Source: Chrysomallon squamiferum (taxonomy: Eukaryota > Animalia > Mollusca). Taken from it: a DNA stretch of 64,000 bases. Location: the NCBI GenBank assembly GCA_012295275.1, contig CM022670.1, positions 32,612,001 to 32,676,000 of the forward strand, read 5' to 3'. Shown in pieces: positions 14,073-27,180 of the stretch. The notes beneath the pieces are model-generated. The model searched no databases and had not been told where the DNA came from. It saw nothing but the letters and a program-made list of their open reading frames with translations. Each line of letters begins with the position of its first letter. Position 1 is the stretch's first letter. The translations under genes were made by a program, and so were the position numbers.

Positions 14073-14655
14073 CGGGGTGTCCCAAAAGTAACTGAACTGC
14101 AAACTTAATAAAATTAGATATTAAAAACAACAAATTTAATCTGTATATTTAGTATTTACAAATGTTCAAAATTTCTACCTTGAACTTCAATACAATCACT
14201 GTTTTTGGACGACCTTTTTTAGGAGAATTTGACACACTTCCAGTTACTTCAAATTTGGATACAAGATTGAACATTGTCGATTTACTTGGTACAGGTGTTC
14301 TAAAGTTTACTTCCCATCTTTCTTCAACATGCTTGTAGCTAGTCATTGCATAGTAATTCTAAATAACGAAGATACGTTCGTTTAAATCTAAAGTCCTTCG
14401 CTGCATTTTTAAGCGTGAGCGTACCATTGTAAAACAATGGAAAGTCCAGTAGTGCATGCTAAAACAGAAGTCTCGATCATGAAGAACACTACAATCAGGT
14501 AACAAAAATTATTCCAAAGACTACTACTGACAGAAGTAAATGAATAGTACAAAAGATAACATAAAATGACATAAAAGATGGAATTAAATTTGTTATTTTT
14601 AATATCTATCTAATTTTATTTAAGTTTGCAGTTCGGTTACTTTTGTGACACCCTG
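14073..14655 (-). mobile_element. Non-autonomous Tc1/mariner-superfamily element (internal deletion derivative)
   Basis: About 70-bp imperfect TIRs (C[G/A]GGGTGTC[C/A]CAAAAGTAAC[T/C]GAACTGCAAACTT...) flanked by TA at 14071-72 and 14656-57. Confidence 0.92.
14149..14406 (-). pseudogene. Truncated transposase N-terminal HTH remnant
   Basis: MQRRTLDLNERIFVI*NYYAMTSYKHVEERWEVNFRTPVPSKSTMFNLVSKFEVTGSVSNSPKKGRPKTV; the KFxxTGSV...GRP motif is typical of Tc1/mariner; one in-frame stop and no DDD/E domain. Confidence 0.85.
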
Positions 14656-15003
14656 TATATAAACAAATATTTCTTAAAAAAAAATTTCCAGTTGAAAAAC
14701 AATGTAAAAAAAAAACGAAGTAATGATAATAATAATTTAGATAAATACTTAATGGTTTTACTACTCATTAAATAAAAAAAAATTAAAAATTAAATATATG
14801 TAATCTGTTATAAGCTCATGTTACCTCTTAATGAGTTCTATAAATAGTAAAGTCTTACAAAATTTAATCATAGAACATTTTAACAATATAATAATTATTA
14901 TTTTTTTAAACTTTCATGAAGATTGTAAAGATTTAATTGGAGCTCCACAATGGAATATTAAATGTTTCTTAAAATATTTTCTACATGTATTTCAGTTTTC
15001 TAA

Positions 15004-15051
<48 letters not shown>

Positions 15052-16772
15052 TTAAAATGATTATTAATTTATTTAGTTTGTTTTACACATTGGTGGGTTT
15101 ATTTTTTCTTATTTCAAAATTCTTCTTAACTGCCACATTTTATATTTATTTATTTATTTTATTCAAATTCATGTTTTAAGTCAACATTATTTTATTCCTG
15201 TCTTTAAAAAAGAAAAAGAAAAAAAAAGGTTAAATCAAATCCAACTGTTTTGAAAAATAGCCTGCATGTTTTGTTATGCTATTTTCACTTTTATAATATA
15301 TAAACATAAAAGCCTTTCTCTCCACGACGCATGACCTTACAAACATAAATGAATGGCACTAGATCTATTGTTGGTAGAGTCTTTGCAATTTCATTGTGCA
15401 GAAAAAAATCTCAGTCTATAGAGATTGGTTGTGAAGGAAGGAAAACTGGAAATGAATTACTGCAGAACATAAGAAACTATGCTAATCCTGTGTATTTTAG
15501 ATAACTCATAAAAAAAATATCGAGTTAAAAAGCAACTGTGGTATTACTCAGTTTATTTTTGATAATCAAAATTTAAAAAAATTTAAAAAACAAAAAATAT
15601 ATATGTAAATAAAAAGAACTGGAGTGCTGTATGGAGAAGCAAGGTCTCGGCAATGGAAGAGAGGCCTGTAACAGTTCCTTGTATTAATAACCTCCGATCT
15701 GCTGTGAGAAATTCTCCTGCAAGGTGTGTTAGAAATAATCCATCTTTTGAGTTACTAATTTGACACCTCCTCAACATTTTCCTCCACTAAATCGGTGGCA
15801 CATCGTTAAGATTCTTTATTTAGAGCGTGGGCTTTTTTTTCTTCTCTGACTCAGTTTTTTAAATTTTATATCCCACTTGTTGTTGTTGTTCTTTCTTCAA
15901 ATGAAGTTCTCTGTAGATGGAAAAGTGCCACATTTTTTTTCACTTCTTCTTTCTCCCAGTGTTTTTAAAGAGAACTTGGTGCAGTGTGGTGAAGCTCAAA
16001 TTAAATTGGACGATTGAATAGTGAAAATACCACAGAGACTGTGGTCCACTGATGAATGTATTGATCTCTGGGAAGCACATGTAAATGTCAGACCCAGTAG
16101 CCTCTATTGGTTTCTTATTGAGGAATTTGTCTGCCACTTGCATGAAGTGCCTGTTGATTTGTCAAATCCAGTTTAGACGGATATGACCTTCTTTTGGGAA
16201 ATATTATAACTGTGTCAACCTGTGGACATTTTTCTGCTTCTTTTTTTGTTTTTATTTTTTAAAGAAGAACAAATATTAAGATTTTTGTACTTTTTTTTTC
16301 TCTCAAAATGAAACAAGTGGAATTATACTTTCTTAAAAAATGTTTAAAACATTTATGACAGAATTCTGAAGTTTTAATTGATAAGGATATTCCGGATTGT
16401 GAATATTTTTTTGTGTTTAATCACTTTTTAAAATTTTTATTTCACACTGGCATATAGATTCTTGAAAATATTTATTTGTATCTAGAAAAAATAACATATT
16501 TTTTTTAATGATGATCTGGATTCTGTAAACATTTTATCTTAATTTTCAAAATTTTCATTTAAAAAGTGTTTTTATTTTGTTTTATTATTATTTCTTTTTT
16601 GATGTGACTGAAAATGAATTACAGAATTGATGAACTTAAGACAGCCAAGATCTTGTAAAATTACAAGTAAAACTTATTACAGATGGACAGTTTACTAAAT
16701 GTCTTAGTTTCTTTTAAGCATAACATCTTCAGTTCCTTTTAGACATAACTTCTTTCAAACTGTGATTTCACT

Positions 16773-17041
16773 ATGATGCAAAAACTGCAATTCCTTTCTC
16801 CCAATTTCAACAAGAATGGGAAAATTGGTGTTTCTAAGGGTGGTTCTGAAAAATCTAAAAGTGCCATGTCTAAAATTCTGCCTGATAAATGGAAGCCAGG
16901 TAAAAGAAGGAATTCTATTGCTATTCATTCCAGGCATGCTGAAGACCTGATTGTGACGCCGTTTGCTCAGATCCTGGTCAGTCTGTGGAGTGTCCGAACC
17001 AACTACATCTCACTGACCAACCTCACCGGTCAGAAAGAAAG
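16773..17041 (+). CDS. PDE4: PDE4 exon: polybasic short-form N-terminus (from ATG 16773) reading into the UCR1 C-half; internal acceptor at 16933/16934 for upstream exons
   Basis: Translates MMQKLQFLSP...KRRNSIAIHSR-HAEDLIVTPFAQILVSLWSVRTNYISLTNLTGQKE; the second part matches the PDE4 UCR1 motif HGDDLIVTPFAQVLASLRxVR. Acceptor ttcattccag|G at 16933; donor AG|gttggt at 17042 (phase 2), compatible with exon 38297. Confidence 0.9.
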
Positions 17042-18459
17042 GTTGGTACCACTTTTTTATTCTTAATTAATTTCTTTACTGTCTTTTATGTTTGATTTCT
17101 TTACATTGTATGGTAAAATTTACAATTTTTGTGGTTTTGTTTGGGCTTTGGATTTTTTTTAAAAGTGTCTGTTTATTTGTTGTTGTTTTTGTTTTGTTAT
17201 TTGTAATCATGGGTGAAGAGTGTTTTTTCAAGTTCATTATTTTCTCTTTATTAACTTTTTGTCACACAAATTTGTGATATGTTTTTTTTTTTTTATTATA
17301 TTTCAGAAGTGTTTTAAAACAGAGGTTAAAATAACTTTTATATTTAAGAAAAAATATAAATTTCATATCTATTTTCAAACAATGAATATTTCACTTTTTA
17401 TTAAAAAAAAAACAATGATAAATTCAAAATAACAAATGATTTTATCTTGATCTATTGCTTTGAAGTTAGCAAAATATAATTTATTATTTTTAATTTAAAT
17501 CTTTAGTGTTTTCAAAAATTAAAATGAATAAAAAGTATATTAAAAAAATAATAATAATAAAGTCAGTCAGAATGTACATGTGAAAGTTATTCTGTACATA
17601 AATTTAAATAAAAAGCTTAACCCTTATTTCTTTATGAAGTAAAAAAAAGAACAAAAAACAAATAATACAGAAAAAGATAACAAGAAAAATAAAATATCTC
17701 ATGGTTACAGGTTTTTTTATATTGTTTTCTTTACACATATTTTTAATCTGCTTTCTGGTGTGATTTTTTGTGCTGTGATTATAACATTATAAACAGTCAA
17801 AAATGACTTGCACTGTTATCACTGATATTATTTTTATATTATCATATTTCTGAATTAATTTATTTACATAGTCTTCAAATTCTTCAACTTGAGTGTATTC
17901 AAATGTTTATCATTCAGTTCAGGTTTCTCTTAATTATAAATTATTTTATAATTATGTTTTGATAAAACTCTCCTGTGCTCTGTTATTCCTGTTTTATAAG
18001 GTGGAGGAACTGACTCCTCTGGTAATCACTTTACCCAACAAATCTATTTTTATTTTCACCTTGTATCACACTTGCGCAATCTCTTCAATACTTCCAGCTG
18101 TTGTTTCAGTTACCAGGTTTTATTTAAGTTGTGTTCCAGTCCCATAGAATTAATCACATAAACGTACGCACACACACACACACCTGTGTTTTTATGTAGA
18201 AAGATAGACAGATATACAGGTAACACTGGTACACTGTTGTGTATATGTGTATGTATACACACATATTTTACTGTAAATTTTGGATTAGGTTTTTTTCAAA
18301 TAAAAAAATAGCATTAACTGCATATAAATCATGCCATTTATATTTATGATATTTTATTTGCCATAAATGTGACAAACTGAATGTAATAAAATATTAACTT
18401 TAAAATTTATATCATTGACCATTATTTTATTTTTTTAATTTATCAAAACATTTTTTTTA

Positions 18460-18490
<31 letters not shown>

Positions 18491-19803
18491 ATGCAAAAGA
18501 AAAATGCTAAAAACTTTCCCTCATTATACCTGCTTTAACATTCCTCTTTGATGAGAAAATGCTTCACAGCATTCAAGGTATGAAAATAAGTATTTACACA
18601 TATGTGACTTGGAAAAGAAACAGTAAAGTTTTACAATTTCCCATCCTCAAGAAGTATAAAATTTCCATTCCCTGTTGAGTCCAAATATATATTTTAAGAC
18701 AAATAAAATATCCCAAGAACGTGTTTTCCTGTATGTAATTGTAGATGAAACAAAAGTTACCTGCAAAAATGGAAACATTTAATTTAGATTATGGAATGTG
18801 GAAATCTCAGCTGAACTTTAGATAAAATAGAATGTTACAATGTTAAAATAAGCAAATCTAAGTTAAACAGTTCACTAGTGTGTGCAAACTGAACATCAGA
18901 GGATTCAAGTTTTGGTTAAATTCAAAAAAATTGCCATAATTTGCAATCTCTTCATTAAATTGTAGGATCACAAATCTAGGTTACACAATAGAAAAAGCTG
19001 TTAGATTGTGGAAATACAGAATATGCAAATTGTACATTAGACAGTTTGTGTGCAAATCTAGGTTGTACAGTAGAACAAATCCATCAGGCTACTGCATTAT
19101 TTTCCAGTTGGCCCCAAAATGATGGTCTGTCACCTTTAAAAAAATAATAATAAATAAATAAATAATAATAATAATTATAATTTAAAAAATTAGCAAAAAG
19201 TTGCAGTGATTTAAAACAGGCTTGAAACCTTTGCTTTTATTGATTCCTGTATGTTTAGGAATTAAGAAAAACAAAAACGGCTACATCATGGAAAAGAACT
19301 GGGTTTGCAATAGACTGTTAAAGTGTGGAAATCAGATGTCCAGACTTGACTCCAGTGATCTATCTTTGTGTATATTTGTGGTTATCAAGCCTGCTTTTAT
19401 TTGTTAGCTGGTGACTGACAGTTCCCTTGAATCTATTTGTTTACAGAAGTTTCAGGTCTGGTGCACACAGATTTCTTCTAATTAGCTCTTTATACATGTC
19501 ACTCTTGTAGCCTTCTGATGGATTTTTCTTTCCACCAGTGGTGATGAGGTACAGAGAGGCTGATGTACCATGATTAACTTTATAATCATGTTTCGTTTGC
19601 TTCACTAAATCAGCTTTATTTTTATTCATTACAACTTTTCAGTGTTTTTGTCATCAAGACCTTGAGGTACTTATGGTGCATTGATTATAACCAAAATCAT
19701 GGTCAAAAACAAGTCACAGTTATCTTTGAAATAATGGTCTTGAATTAAGATCAAGATGGGGTTTTTTAAAATTATTATTTAATCCATTTTTATTTTTTAT
19801 AAC

Positions 19804-19850
<47 letters not shown>

Positions 19851-21512
19851 TTTTCGTCGTCATTGTTGTTGTTGTTGTTATTTATTTTCCTTTTTAGAAC
19901 AATATTTATCATTTTTTATTTATTTATTTATTTGTTATTTGTTTGAGTCTGAATAAACCTTCTTTGTTTGCATTATCAATATATTAATGCAGATAATCTT
20001 GCTTTGCGAGAAAATTTAATATTTTAAACGGTACATCCAGTACACAAACATCTTTTTTAATGATTTATCTAGATCCTGAAATAGAAAACTGTATGACCAT
20101 GAACTTTTTGCATTAATCTTTTCATCTTGCTCTACAAATTCCAAACCTGGTGGTTGAAATAATAGATTTGTTACAAAATAAAATGAGATTAATAGCAGAT
20201 TTATTTGATTCAGTTATTTTTATTGCTGTTATTGTTATGATGATGATGATCATCATCATCATTGTTATTATTATTTATTTTTACAGTTTTTTTAATCCTT
20301 TCTTTATTATTTTGACAAAAGTTTTTTTTGTTTTTTTTTACTTTATTCCATTTAATATTTTCTATTTTTAATAATATAGACTGGTTCCATACATTGCATG
20401 ACTCTTCTTTTAATCTGGTATTCTTTACATGCTTTGCAATTCTCCAAGTCTTCGTGAAATAAAAGCTGAAGTGACAGATTGATCAATAATCATCTTAGAC
20501 AACCTATATCATTTTAGTTTTTGTTAATGCATGAATTAGTTTCCTTTTTAAAACTCTTCAGCATACAATCATTCTGACATTTCATTTTCGAAATCTGAAC
20601 AGGAAGCTGTGTGCCACATTTCACACTGATAAATAACTTTAATATATCATTATAGCAGTCTACTGATTTTTTTGGAAATTTTAATTTTTTTTGTCTAATA
20701 AATTATCAAAGAATATGTTTGTAGATCAGTGATTTCAGAAATGGCAGGATGTCATCATTAAGGCAGGATATCCCTTTCTAGAAGAAATAAATTTCATTAT
20801 AAAGAAACAAAAATGACCATTTGCTGACTAGGAGGGGGGATTCAGGTCTGGTGCACCCCCTTCCTACAAACATCAGTGGATAGAGATTTTAAAAGAACTA
20901 AAAATAGACTGATGTTGATAGTCAAAAAGTATCAGTAGCTTGAAAACTTATGTAAAGTCATTATTTTCATCTGTCATTTGCTGTACAGATTTTCTTCAGT
21001 AACCAGCAGGCACCATTAGAGAAAACCATTATATTGTTAAAATTAGACATATCTCAGAAACCTTTAAAAAGCTTTTATTCTCAGAGTTAATTTTTCAAAC
21101 GACTTGAGGGCTATTTGAAATCAAGCTAATAAAAGATTTTTTTTTTCACTCTGTAAACTAGGTAATGTAGACACTTTTGAGAAATCATTAAATTCAAGGT
21201 CATTTCTTCAGCTTACAAAAAAAAAATTCAAATTATTTTTAAACGATCTGAATTTAATTCATCAGCAGATTTCTGTATGAAATACAAAAGGTTAAAAAGT
21301 AGTGACTAATTTTTTTTAAATTCTATATAAACTGTACTGGAAGAAGAAGAAAAAAGATCAAGAAAAATCCAATTAATTTACGAAAAGAGGTTTAGAGATA
21401 GATGGGCATTTGTGTGTCTGAAAAATTCAAAAATTATATAATTGATATCATCTATAATTAAAAGTCTTTTCTAGAGAAAACAAATTGATGTATATGAGTG
21501 TTTTGGTGACTA

Positions 21513-21547
<35 letters not shown>

Positions 21548-22970
21548 CTTTCAGAAATCAGATTTCTTAATCAGGTCTTAATCCTTTAATTTTTATCTAC
21601 TTCTAATTCTTTTAGTAATATTACCATCTATATTTAAAGTAGTTGTATTCTCCATCATAGTTTGATTTGATAAATTACATTTGCTAAAAGTAGTTAATGT
21701 AAAATGAGCTCACCAAAAGACCTCATTAATCAGATAATTACTTTAGTTATGCATTTTAAAACTTTTGTGTGGAGGACCTTGTTGTTATTGTTTGTGTCAG
21801 TTTGGCATATAACTTATTTATTAGAATGACTCTTATTAAATGTATAAAGAAAAACAAATAATTTTTTTTAAAATTCTTAATCTAATATTGAAGACGTTCC
21901 AGTCTCATTATTTTGTTATGTTGGACAGACTGAGTAGTACACAAACCAGTACATTGCTCACCTGCTGGAACCAGTATTGGTTTTCATAACAAAAATGACT
22001 GCAGATATTCATTCATGTGTAACCAATCCTTTGATATGCAGTCAACTCATAATTTTTGTATTTAATACTTAACTGTCATCATATTTCTAAAGCTGAAATG
22101 TCTTCATAGACATTAGATAATGAACAGTAAACCAGACAGGTTCTGTTACATATCACTGGCATATCTTAAGCCAGTTTTTAATCAACCATAATGTAACAAC
22201 ATAATATTAACCCAATGTGTTCTAATGTAACATGTTGTAATTGTATTGGTAGATCATCAGACTCAGGGCCATTAGGTACTTGGATCAATTCTCATTAGTC
22301 TGCATCTTTGAACTGTTTCCTTGTCTTGTGCTTTTATGCAGAAAGATGTGAATAAAAGATTCCTTGCTTCATTCATGCAGATTTTTTTTTGATAGTTTTT
22401 TTTATGCACCAGAAAAATGCTGCAGATTTGATAAGAGCAGAATGTCACTTAGCTGTACTGCAACACAATGCAGAATAAACAGTGTGGACATTTCCCATCC
22501 ATATTCCCAGAATGTTGGTGTCACTATTAAATTGGCTGTCAACTCAAGTAAAGCCATGTCTAATTTTTTAGACATTTATCTCTATATTATTAGAACACCA
22601 ATATCATAGTTGCAGGATTAAAACTCTATTTCCAGCCAGGCTGATGTAGTTAGATGTAATGTAAAGAAATTGGGTTTCTGAACATAAGTAGACATATTGT
22701 TTCTGATGAGAGGTTGATGGAAATCAGAACACTTTTTCTAAATGTGTGGTCTGTAGCATTCCAAATATACAGTTAAAAGAGGATCTCTTTTTGGTATTAA
22801 TATTAGCATAAATCAGATAATTGTCAAAAAATAGTTCTGCTACATATAGCTTTAGAAACATAATTTCTATTTTTATCCCAATATCCCAATATGAAAGAAT
22901 GTAATATGGTAATATGGGATAATCCTTTTTGTAGGAGTAACTTATGTTTTTATTGGTCTATCTTTGGAAT

Positions 22971-23420
22971 GGGCTGTTACACAGTGGTAAAATGCTAGCT
23001 TGAAGTCACAAGATCAATATTCTTCATTGAACTATTTCTTCTCCTCTCTTCTGTCTTATCAAATGTCATGGTATGTGCTATTTGTCTATAGGAAGGTTCA
23101 TATAAAAAGATCTTATACTGCTACTTAACTGAAATTGTTTGGGTACAGTCCATAGCTGAAATCTGATTAGTCCTTCATATTACACCCAAGATACTATCTT
23201 CCATTCCAGCCAGTGCATGGTAGTCAGAGGCAATGGTTCTTGTCTTCCTGTGTATGGGAAGATAGAGATGAATCATCCTTTGCTGCTAATTGGTAAGGAT
23301 TATAGTTTAAACTATCAGTATTGAATTTTTTTTTTTTTTAAACCTCTAAAAAAGAACAATACATGTTTCAGATATAATAACATTTATCAATTAAAATATG
23401 TTGAGGTATCATTATTCATT
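22971..23420 (+). mobile_element. Two adjacent decayed tRNA-derived SINE copies (MetaSINE-like core)
   Basis: A-box-like head gggctgttacacagtggtaaaatgct; core ATGGTATGTGCTAT..GTCTATAGGAAGGTTCATATAAAA.GATC; second copy TTCCAGCCAGTGCA...CCTGTGTATGGGAAG...ATCCTTTGCTGCTAAT. Family name recalled from memory. Confidence 0.7.
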
Positions 23421-25352
23421 CACTTTATTCAATTCATTGAGACACCATTTCTAAAAAATAAAGAAATTTTGATGAATCCTTTTTTAAATTATTGTTCTGG
23501 TTGCCGTTTCCTTTCAAGCAGACAAAATCTTTAAAAAAAAAAAAAATTAACTGTTTATTTTTGTTTGCTGAGAAATGCAATTTAGCTTAATGATACAGTC
23601 ATTTTTCTAAATAGTTTGAGATAATAAACATTCTTCCCTAAAAAAAATCAAGAACAAAATACTTAACAATCTTCTTGTGTACAGTTTACTTAAATCTTCA
23701 TTCTGGCATGTTTGTGTGTGATTGAGTGATGTTTTTTTCTTTTTTCTCTTGAACTAATAGAGCCACTTATATAAGACTGGAATTGTTTCTTTCTATTTGT
23801 GTATTGGCTTTTTAAGGTTCTAGAATTAGTCCAGAGTAAAAAATAATTTATAATTTCTGGCTTGCTTAGTTTGCATCAAAATCAGCTGTCTGATTCTGTC
23901 ATTTTTAATTTGTTTTCTTTTCCCTGGTGCAATGGTTATTCAATGGAGTGCTGTCTGTGACTGAAGATTTTGAATTTTGAATTAAATTGTTGCTTGGATT
24001 TGTCAAATAAAAAAAATTAAAAAAAATAAAAATAAAAATGAAAAAGAAGAAGGAGAAACAAGCAGAAAAACGATTTAAAAAAAAGAAAATGGAAATTACA
24101 AATTGTAGTTATTCCATAGAATACGTCACTTAGATTTTAAATTAATGACAGGGTACTTGTTAGAAAGGTAAAAAAAAATTAGATATTGAAGTAATCATTC
24201 TAGAATTTTGGGCTTAGAATCTATGTTTCGAGGATTACTATGTACACTTCAATGAGACTTTGTTATTTCTAATATTCCCATCATTAACTTCATCACAGTA
24301 TATGAAAATTAATCCAGGTTTATATTTTTCATCTGCTTCAAAATGTCATATTTACTCGACTTTTTAATCCTTGTGCCAAACCTTAATTATTTTGTTTTAC
24401 TTAAAGTGAAATGATTTCTCTGACCTTTAGAAAAGTGTTCTATTATTTCTCCATCAGAAATAATTAATATAACGATAGCCTGCTTTCAACTAAAAGGTTG
24501 TATAAATTTACTCTCAATTTGTAAATTTTTTCTATGCACTACATATTAGGTAAAAGACTGTACATATATACAATATGCAGTTTACCTGTAGATCGATTTT
24601 TACAAATATACCATGTACAATTTATTGAAAATGTACCTAAAGGTATAGATAAAGTTGTGCAAATTATAGACTACATATCTAATGTTACAGATAATGTGCA
24701 AATTTACCATGTACCTAAAGCTGTATGTATATTGTGTACATGCAAAATCTACTACAGGCAATTGCAGCATGATTAAAATTAATCCATTTTTGTATATGGA
24801 TATATAATATACCTTTTGTATTAAAACTTCTCTGGTGTTTTTTTCTGGGGGTTTTCATGTAATAAGAAATTGCATTGCTTTAATATAAAATGTGACCATT
24901 GTTGGCCTTGATTAGACATTTGAGTGTGAAATAATTGAAAAGATGAGCAGGAGAGAAAACAGAAAGTGCTGATCACAGAAATATTTTCTGACATCACTTT
25001 AATCAGATATGGCAAGCAGATGTACAAACTGATGTATGGACGCTAATCCCTGGAGAGTGATTGCTCTTAGAAACAAATCTACTTAGAGAACTGAGCTAGA
25101 ATAATTTGTATAATTTGTGCACAGTAATTGTTATTATGAACCACTCAGGGAAATGACAGTTTAAAATCTCCCTCCATTGTGGTTTAATGTTTCCATTCTT
25201 TACAAAATCTGACGGTTTTTGACATAATTTAATTCATCATACTGTTTGATTTTATTGTTTGATCTGAGATGGTGTAATTTAAAAAATATATTCATCTTTT
25301 ATCATATACATATATACATATACACACACACAACTACATACATAAAAACATA

Positions 25353-25396
<44 letters not shown>

Positions 25397-25667
25397 TGTA
25401 TGTATGTATATAAATGATAAAAATTAGAATTAAAATACACTTGTTTTTAGAGCTTAGAAGAAGATAGTTACATAGAAAACAACCAAAGATTAATGAAAAC
25501 AGCTTGGTAAAGAGAGTATTTGAAATGGTTTTTCATATTCAAGTTGTGAAACCATCATCTTGTGAAGCTGCTGTTTGTGGAAACTTTTTTTTTGTGCTTT
25601 TTTCAGAAGGTGGAGAGCTATGTTTGTGTAGAGGAGTCAAACTGTTTGTTATTCACTTCTCACATCC

Positions 25668-25775
25668 ACATCTTGTTACCCTTCAAACTTAGATGATCAT
25701 ATTTTAGTTATTATAGGAAAAACATCTTGTTAGCCTTCAAACTTAGATGATCATATTTTAGTTATTATAGGAAAA
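25668..25775. repeat. 54-bp tandem duplication
   Basis: ACATCTTGTTA[C/G]CCTTCAAACTTAGATGATCATATTTTAGTTATTATAGGAAAA twice, with one mismatch. Confidence 0.95.
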
Positions 25776-27105
25776 ACTATTTTTATAGATTTTCAGTTTG
25801 AGATTATTTTAATTATCTATTACACTGGTCAGATATTTTGTCATTTTGGTTGTCCAGTTTTTTTCTTTTTATTCTTTTTGATTTTTCATTTGCTTCTTCT
25901 TATTTTATATATAATATTTTATTATTATTATAGTTAATCTGGATATATACTGAAGAGTGTTGAATTATAATTTGTTTTTAATGAATAAAACAAGGAAAAA
26001 CAAGAATAAAAATTTAAAAAAAATTATTTTCATGAGAATCTGCTGTTTTATTTTTAAAATGTATCATTTACATTTCATGTACAAAACTGATCTAATCTGT
26101 TAAATATTAAATATAATCATTATGTAAAAATAAAAAATAAGAAAGATTTTAACATTAATGTTGGATTTTAATATTAATTTCTGAAAAGATAATTATATAT
26201 ATATATATATATAATATTTTTTATATAAAACTGTAATAATATATTGATGACAAAGATTTCAGACTCCTGCTTCTCAGAAGGTTTTATACATGTAGCTTAA
26301 CGGAAGTGAATTGATGCTTGATTTAACAGATTCTCAAGTCATTAACTTGATATTGAGTTAGCTTGTCAATTATTTTTAGGTTTGATGGTCTACTTACGTC
26401 ACTGCTACTTTTTTCTTTTTGCCTTTTATTTTTCAGACAAATACCATAGAATGTATTGTCATTTTCTTCTCACCTGTTTTTTTTTTTTCCACCAATAGAT
26501 TCTGATCCTATATTTATTTCAGGCTTTGACAGAAGAAAAAATTTGCTATATTTATTTGAAAGAGACAGTCTTTATTGTTTATTATGCCATAATGCCTCTC
26601 ACTCTAAGCCTAACAAATTGCCAATTTGACATAAGAGAGTGTAGAATTTTTGCCAAGGACTTAAAGGTCATATCATTGATCCAATTCTGTACAGAAATTT
26701 TCCATTTATTTAGAAAGAAGGGCTGTCCTCTTTTCTTTCTTTTTATCATTTTCTTCATCTTTCTCTCCCCACTTAGCTTAATTTTAAAATTGGTTTTTAA
26801 ACCAGTATTTCTTGGAACTGTTTGTAAAAAAAAATTAAATTAAAAATAAAAAATAAAAAGAAGAAGAAAAAATAAAATTAGTTAAATTATCACAATATTT
26901 TGTTCATTTTCAAAAGCACTCAACCAGTTTAAAAAATAATTATTAAAAAACCCAACTAAAAAACCAACATCAAAATAAAAAAACATTTACAAACCATAGT
27001 TTAAAAATATAGAAATTATAAGAAGAAATTAAAAATTGGAAATTGTTTTTAAAAAGTTAAAGAATTAACTCATATCTATATTTTCAATATATATATAGAG
27101 AGAGA

Positions 27106-27180
27106 TTTTATTTACATTTTACAAATATTATTTTATTTACATTTTACAAATATTATTTTATTTACATTTTACAAATATTG
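27106..27180. repeat. 25-bp tandem repeat, three copies
   Basis: TTTTATTTACATTTTACAAATATT[A/G] repeated three times. Confidence 0.9.

Noticed and set aside
1-16772. Long-form UCR1 N-half exon (RRESFLY)
   Set aside because: Not found by eye; presumed to lie upstream of the window, although a small exon could have been missed.
19451-20856. Exact 16-mer TTCAGGTCTGGTGCAC at 19451 and 20841
   Set aside because: Similarity does not extend into the flanks; one 16-mer match in 64 kb can arise by chance.
22971-23010. tRNA gene
   Set aside because: Only an A-box-like remnant forming the SINE head; no cloverleaf or intact B box.
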